This document shows, piece by piece, positions 59,892 to 64,000 of a DNA stretch of 64,000 nucleotides. The stretch is from Ostreococcus lucimarinus. Taxonomy: Eukaryota. The notes beneath the pieces were generated by a model. That model was not told where the DNA came from and made no database searches. It was given only the letters and a program-made list of their open reading frames with translations. Location: NCBI GenBank assembly GCA_000092065.1, contig CP000593.1; one strand, given 5' to 3'. The position numbers and the translations under genes are program-made. Within the stretch, counting starts at the first letter, position 1. The number at the start of each line of letters is the position of its first letter.

Positions 59892-61913
59892 CTAATTCTC
59901 CCACGCCACGTGACGCGACGAATTTACCCTCGATGACGGATCGGCTTCGGACGAGAGTATGCTCCCGTCGTCGACCGCCGAAGATGACGCCCACGTGTCG
60001 TACTGCAATCCTGGGATGTTTTGCGTGTGATCGCTCGAGCGATGCGCGTCCAAGACGAAGGGCTCGTCCAAGAGCGCCACAGCCTCGGGGCGCATCTCCG
60101 CGTCTCTTTGTAAACATAGTCGCAAGAAATCTTGTCCTTCGGGGGACAAATCCTCGGGGATGTCTGGGATCTCGTTCGAGGATGCGATTTTGAATATTAT
60201 TTGCACCTGCGTGCTGCACTCGCTCCACGGCGGCGAGCCCGTAGACATCTCATACACCGTGCACCCAACGCTCCAGATATCGGCTTCAAAACCGATATTT
60301 TGTTGGCGTATTACCTCGGGTGCCATCCAACACGCGCTTCCTTTGAACGATTTCCCGATCGACACGCGCTCGAGCACCTTGGCCATACCAAAATCGGCGA
60401 GCTTGATGCGCCCGCTCTTTTCTACTAAAATGTTCGCCCCCTTGATGTCTCGATGTACCACGCGCTGCGAGTGCAAATACGCCAAACCGATTAAAATTTG
60501 ACGCGTATACACGCGAATTACGTTTTCTTCAAACTTACCGAATCTCTGCACGAGAGACGCGATGGATCCTCCCGGGACGTATTCTAAAAAGATGTACAGC
60601 GCCGTCTCTTGACGCGTGATCCCAATGTAACGTACGATATTGGGATGCACTAAGCGCGAAAGCACGTCCACTTCTTGCTCGAGTTGCTCAATGGACTCGT
60701 CGCGGTGCTTATCCGAACTCCCCACGCGAACTTCCTTGAGCGCGAAAAGCTCACCCGTGTCGCCATTGAGCGCTAGCCAGACGCTGCCGTACGAACCTTC
60801 CCCTAAATTATCCCCTTTTGTCCATCGACGAGGTTTCGTCGGTGCGAGCGACGTGTGACACATTCGTAACATACCATCATCCGAGGTGGTGTAACTCACC
60901 TCGCTCCAAGCGCCGCCGCTCGTCGATCGACGATGACCCAAACGCGGCGAAGGAATGCCGTTGTCTGAGTAGTCGTGATCCGTCGACGCCCTCACGGACG
61001 GCGCGCCGTCATCCATGAACGGGTTCGATCGATCGCGCTTGTGCATCGTCTCGCGATGACTATCGTCCATCGCGTCTCTCGCGCTCAAGTCGCTTGCCGT
61101 CGTGCTAACCTCGGACAACCTCGAATCTCTATGCGCTCGGCGCTCGGGGCCCGAGCTCGGCGGCGACTCGGACAATTCCACCGCCGTCATGGACGCCGCA
61201 CCTTTCGCGTGCCGAGGGATCGTCACTTTTGTTGACGCCACTTTCGCCACCTTCCCAGCCGCCGCCATCGCGCCCTTCGCCGCCCCAGCCGTGGTGGACA
61301 CGAAGGAATTCGTCCGCCGAGTCACTCTATCTCGCGATTGAATCAATCGCGTCTTCTCCCCCGAGTCCACCGCCATGTCCAGCGTCACCTCATCCAAACT
61401 CACGTATCCATCGTGCGATCCGGGCAAGAGCACTTTCAGCTTCTCCGCGACGCGCGTCGACCCACGCCCGTGCGCTGACGCCAAATTCCCCAACGGAGGC
61501 GGCAACGGCAACGGCGTCGCCTCGCTCGTCGTCGCCGCCTCGCGTCGCTCCGCCGCCGCCAACACCTCCGCCGCGGGCGTCATCCGGAGCGATCTCGTGG
61601 ACTTCGTCATCGCACGGCTACCCATCACCGCTCCATCGCTCGCGCTCTCGCGCGCCACCGCGTCCGCTCGCCGATCGTCTTCGTTCGCGTTCGCGTTCGC
61701 GTTCGCGTTCGCGTTCGCGTTCGCGTTCGCGTTCGCGTTCGCCCCGTCTCGCCGCATCCTCTCCTTCGCCTTCACCGCCGCCCCCTTCATCGCGATCGCG
61801 ATCGCCCGCGCGCGCGCCTTGAAAGATCCAGACCCCGTCGACGTCCGCGCGTCGCCGACGCCGTCGTCGTCGACGTACGGCGTCGTCGACGCGCTCGAAA
61901 AGCAAATTCCCAT
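59892..61913 (-). CDS. MAP kinase kinase kinase (STE11/MEKK-type) with N-terminal MGxxxS myristoylation motif
   Basis: The C-terminal kinase domain matches MEKK/ANP/YODA-type MAP3Ks (GEGSYGSVWLA...ALKEV...HPNIVRYIG...HRDIKGANILV...KLADFGMAK...GSACWMAPEV...SVGCTVYEMSTGSPPW). The protein starts MGICFSS (Gly2, Cys4). It contains an (Asn-Ala)11 tract. Confidence 0.85.
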   Translation of the reverse strand: MGICFSSASTTPYVDDDGVGDARTSTGSGSFKARARAIAIAMKGAAVKAKERMRRDGANANANANANANANANANANEDDRRADAVARESASDGAVMGSRAMTKSTRSLRMTPAAEVLAAAERREAATTSEATPLPLPPPLGNLASAHGRGSTRVAEKLKVLLPGSHDGYVSLDEVTLDMAVDSGEKTRLIQSRDRVTRRTNSFVSTTAGAAKGAMAAAGKVAKVASTKVTIPRHAKGAASMTAVELSESPPSSGPERRAHRDSRLSEVSTTASDLSARDAMDDSHRETMHKRDRSNPFMDDGAPSVRASTDHDYSDNGIPSPRLGHRRSTSGGAWSEVSYTTSDDGMLRMCHTSLAPTKPRRWTKGDNLGEGSYGSVWLALNGDTGELFALKEVRVGSSDKHRDESIEQLEQEVDVLSRLVHPNIVRYIGITRQETALYIFLEYVPGGSIASLVQRFGKFEENVIRVYTRQILIGLAYLHSQRVVHRDIKGANILVEKSGRIKLADFGMAKVLERVSIGKSFKGSACWMAPEVIRQQNIGFEADIWSVGCTVYEMSTGSPPWSECSTQVQIIFKIASSNEIPDIPEDLSPEGQDFLRLCLQRDAEMRPEAVALLDEPFVLDAHRSSDHTQNIPGLQYDTWASSSAVDDGSILSSEADPSSRVNSSRHVAWEN
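61676..61742. repeat. (GCGTTC)11 hexanucleotide microsatellite inside the MAPKKK coding sequence
   Basis: Eleven perfect GCGTTC units encode ANANANANANANANANANANAN on the minus strand. Confidence 0.9.
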
Positions 61914-62125
61914 GCCTCGAATCCTCCAACGACTTTCGACTTTCGTTCGTTTTCACCGCGCGCGGCGCGCGCGGCGCGTCGTCGTCGCTCGAGCGTCGCT
62001 CGAATCGCGCGCGATCGCCGGCGTCGCGATCACGTCCGCGCGCGCGCGCGTCGGACGCCCGCGCGCGCGGGCATCGACGACGGTCGTCCCGAGCTGCGTC
62101 GCACTCTGCGGCGCGCGCGCGCGCG

Positions 62126-63916
62126 ATGCCGCCCGGCGCCGCGCCCGGCGCGCCGGACGACGCGGGCGGTGGCTACGACTACGCCGCGCAGCTCGAGCGC
62201 GAGCCCGCGCGCGCGCGCGACGCGCGGGCGGCGTTTAAACACGCGCTGCCGCTGCTCGCGCTGACGCTCGTCGCGCTCGCCGCGCTCGCGCTCGACGCCG
62301 CGAGCGTCGCGCGAGACCGCGCGCGAGGATTCTCAAAGTTCTTTTCGTCGATCGACGACGATCGCGACGGCGAGCTGACGCTGGGCGAACTGGCGGAGTA
62401 CTTGGGGACGGCGCGACTCGGCGTGGCGGGCTCGGACGCGGCGACGACGGCGCGACGATTGGATTCTCCGGACGACGACGACACGACGGTGAGCCTACGG
62501 GAACTGCGGCGAGGCGCGGGGTTGATGAAGAGCGTGCGCGAGACGGCGGAGTGGGTGCGATGGGGGGTTGGGGCGCCGGAATGCGCGAACGCGTTCGCGG
62601 AGAACGGCGTGTCGTCGATGGATTTTCCATCGTTGTTGGCGAAGGACGGCGAACGGTTGCGACGGATGGGGGTGGTGCGCGATCACGAAAAATTGACGAG
62701 AGCGATGACGAGGCAGTTGTTGCACGTCGGGCGCGCACCTTCGTCGCCGAGAGCGGTCAAGGCGAGCGTGGAGCGCGGCGACGGGGAGCCGCGAGTGCGC
62801 GTGACGTGGAGAGCGCCGAAAGATCTCGGTTCGCCGCGCGCGCACGAATACGTCGTGCAAAGCGGAGTCGGGGTGGGTGGTAGAGTTTTAAAGTGGACTC
62901 ACGTTGCGAACGTCGACAGTGAGACGTTTACGGTGGATGTTGATGAGTTGAGTCGCGCGCCTGGGGTGCGGCACAAATTTCGCGTCATTGCTTGGGGCGA
63001 GTACGGGAGGAGTAAATCAACCAAAGCGATGTCGAACTGGGTGACGATAGCCGATGAAAGCGACGCCAAGTGGGTGGGTACGATTGTTTCGCTCGCTTTG
63101 ACGCTTCGATTCGTCATCGCCGCGCGTGGCCTCATCATCCGCGGCTTGGTGCTGATGGCGGCCTTGGTCAAGTTTACCGTCGCTCTAGCGAAGGGAGAGA
63201 AGAAGAGCGTGAAGGAATTCCTCGAACCGGCGCTCCGCATGAAGGAACCGTCGACACCGCCGTCCGTCGGTATAAGCATCAACAGAAAGCTCTTCACGCC
63301 TACGAAGGTTCTCGAGAGTCAATCGAGCATGAGCGAGAGCGACCCTTACTTTGTCGCTGTGGGAGATGCGTGCATGTCCATGGAAAGCCGCAAGCAGCTA
63401 GCAAGGAAACACTTGGACGAGCGTGAGTTCGCCGCCGGTGCGGGAGGCTCGGACGGCTTTTCACCCGTGCATCAAAGCATAGTATCAAGGCACGCGAGAG
63501 AAGCGATGACGCTCGCGCCAAACGACTCGTTAAATGGACGACGGCGCGAGCCAGGCGTTAAAGTTCTCGCGTGTAGCGACCCGGGGTGTCAAGTAAACTT
63601 GAAAAAAGCTCGCACCGTGCGGCATTTCTGCGGTTTATGTCAGGCGTGGTTTTGCGCGGAGCACACGCGAGTGTCACCTCACGGAAATCGCGGGCGATGC
63701 AAGCCCGAGTCGCGGTGCATCTGCACCGACTGCTACGAGATTCTCTCGAAAGAGGAGCAGCGAGAATTGGACGAAGATAACGCGTATTCGATCGCGTCTC
63801 GGACGACAAAAAAGAAGACGTTGTCGCGCGCTGTTACAATGATGATGACACGTCGACGCGGCGCGAAGGCGTCGGAGATTAGTAATAATCTTTTCAAAGA
63901 CGCCATGAGCGCGTGA
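62126..63916 (+). CDS. Membrane protein with EF-hand + SAM + fibronectin-III ectodomain, single TM, and cytoplasmic Cys-rich zinc-finger-like tail (STIM-like EF-SAM arrangement)
   Basis: Hydrophobic signal-like segment ALPLLALTLVALAALAL. Canonical EF-hand loop DDDRDGELTLGELAEY. SAM domain VAEWVRWGVGAPECANAFAENGVSSMDFPSLLAKDGERLRRMGVVRDHEKLTRAMTRQL. FN3-like module (PRVRVTWRAPKDLGSPRAHEYVVQS...HKFRVIAWGEYGRS). TM helix WVGTIVSLALTLRFVIAARGLIIRGLVLMAALV. C-terminal CSDPGCQVN...HFCGLCQAWFCAEH...CKPESRCICTDCYE. Real ATG. Confidence 0.5.
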   Translation: MPPGAAPGAPDDAGGGYDYAAQLEREPARARDARAAFKHALPLLALTLVALAALALDAASVARDRARGFSKFFSSIDDDRDGELTLGELAEYLGTARLGVAGSDAATTARRLDSPDDDDTTVSLRELRRGAGLMKSVRETAEWVRWGVGAPECANAFAENGVSSMDFPSLLAKDGERLRRMGVVRDHEKLTRAMTRQLLHVGRAPSSPRAVKASVERGDGEPRVRVTWRAPKDLGSPRAHEYVVQSGVGVGGRVLKWTHVANVDSETFTVDVDELSRAPGVRHKFRVIAWGEYGRSKSTKAMSNWVTIADESDAKWVGTIVSLALTLRFVIAARGLIIRGLVLMAALVKFTVALAKGEKKSVKEFLEPALRMKEPSTPPSVGISINRKLFTPTKVLESQSSMSESDPYFVAVGDACMSMESRKQLARKHLDEREFAAGAGGSDGFSPVHQSIVSRHAREAMTLAPNDSLNGRRREPGVKVLACSDPGCQVNLKKARTVRHFCGLCQAWFCAEHTRVSPHGNRGRCKPESRCICTDCYEILSKEEQRELDEDNAYSIASRTTKKKTLSRAVTMMMTRRRGAKASEISNNLFKDAMSA

Positions 63917-64000
63917 GCGGCGCACGCGCACCGCGTAGCTGAGTTGCGATAGTACACTAATTATACGTTAGAACGACGACGACGACGACGACGACGCGCG

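Noticed and set aside
1-64000. tRNA, rRNA or other structured ncRNA genes
   Set aside because: I scanned the intergenic stretches (14534-15551, 16956-17542, 18143-18405, 28141-28407, 35728-36662, 47658-47838, 49012-49635, 54253-54949, 58431-59057) for GTTCGA/T-loop and anticodon-arm signatures and found no convincing candidate. A tRNAscan/Infernal run would be the decisive check.
1-64000. Prokaryotic operon or defence-island reading of the window (bacterial-type HrpB, FhuD-like and ABC genes)
   Set aside because: The surrounding genes are unmistakably eukaryotic (Sm-G with an intron, Tousled-like kinase, NAP1, RPA2, ANTH, CIPK) and share the same composition. The bacterial-type genes are interpreted as nuclear genes of endosymbiotic or horizontal origin, not as a prokaryotic system.

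Overview
This window looks like a gene-dense nuclear chromosome segment from a GC-rich (about 65% GC) photosynthetic green alga, probably a Mamiellophyceae (Micromonas- or Ostreococcus-like) genome. It is not prokaryotic DNA. The reasons are: long mostly intron-free ORFs with 30-500 bp spacers; an EF-like (EFL) GTPase where EF-1alpha would be expected; nuclear copies of chloroplast-targeted proteins (HCF136/Ycf48, PGR5, RbcX-like); and typical eukaryotic genes (Tousled-like kinase, CIPK, NAP1, nucleoplasmin-FKBP, RPA2, Sm-G, ANTH, eIF2B, MEKK-type MAPKKK). I infer about 40 protein-coding genes on both strands. I found at least two well-supported spliceosomal introns, both with a GTGCGT donor (Sm-G and the CIPK kinase), and a third probable one (ANTH). 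I saw no rRNA, tRNA, CRISPR array or recognisable transposon. Many listed ORFs are artefacts of the GC-rich composition: R/A-rich antisense ORFs, or N-terminal extensions starting at GTG/TTG/CTG. Where a start is given below it is the first in-frame ATG that fits the homolog. The most interesting observations are: (1) a 51-codon conserved-peptide uORF in the 5' leader of S-adenosylmethionine decarboxylase whose peptide ends in the plant-type ...RPS*; (2) a STIM-like EF-hand+SAM+FN3+TM+zinc-finger membrane protein; (3) a SET-domain plus Rossmann methyltransferase fusion; (4) a protein with four tandem GATA-like fingers squeezed into a tiny divergent spacer; (5) tandem-repeat arrays (143 bp x3, 92 bp x3, 119 bp x2, plus a CGATCG-rich tract), three of which sit in promoter spacers; (6) bacterial-type genes (an HrpB helicase with a complete HrpB C-terminal domain, and a FhuD/FecB-like binding protein) in a eukaryotic context. 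I could not identify a prokaryote-style novel defence or mobile 'system', and I do not claim one. All homology calls are from motif recognition by eye and need BLAST/HMM confirmation.
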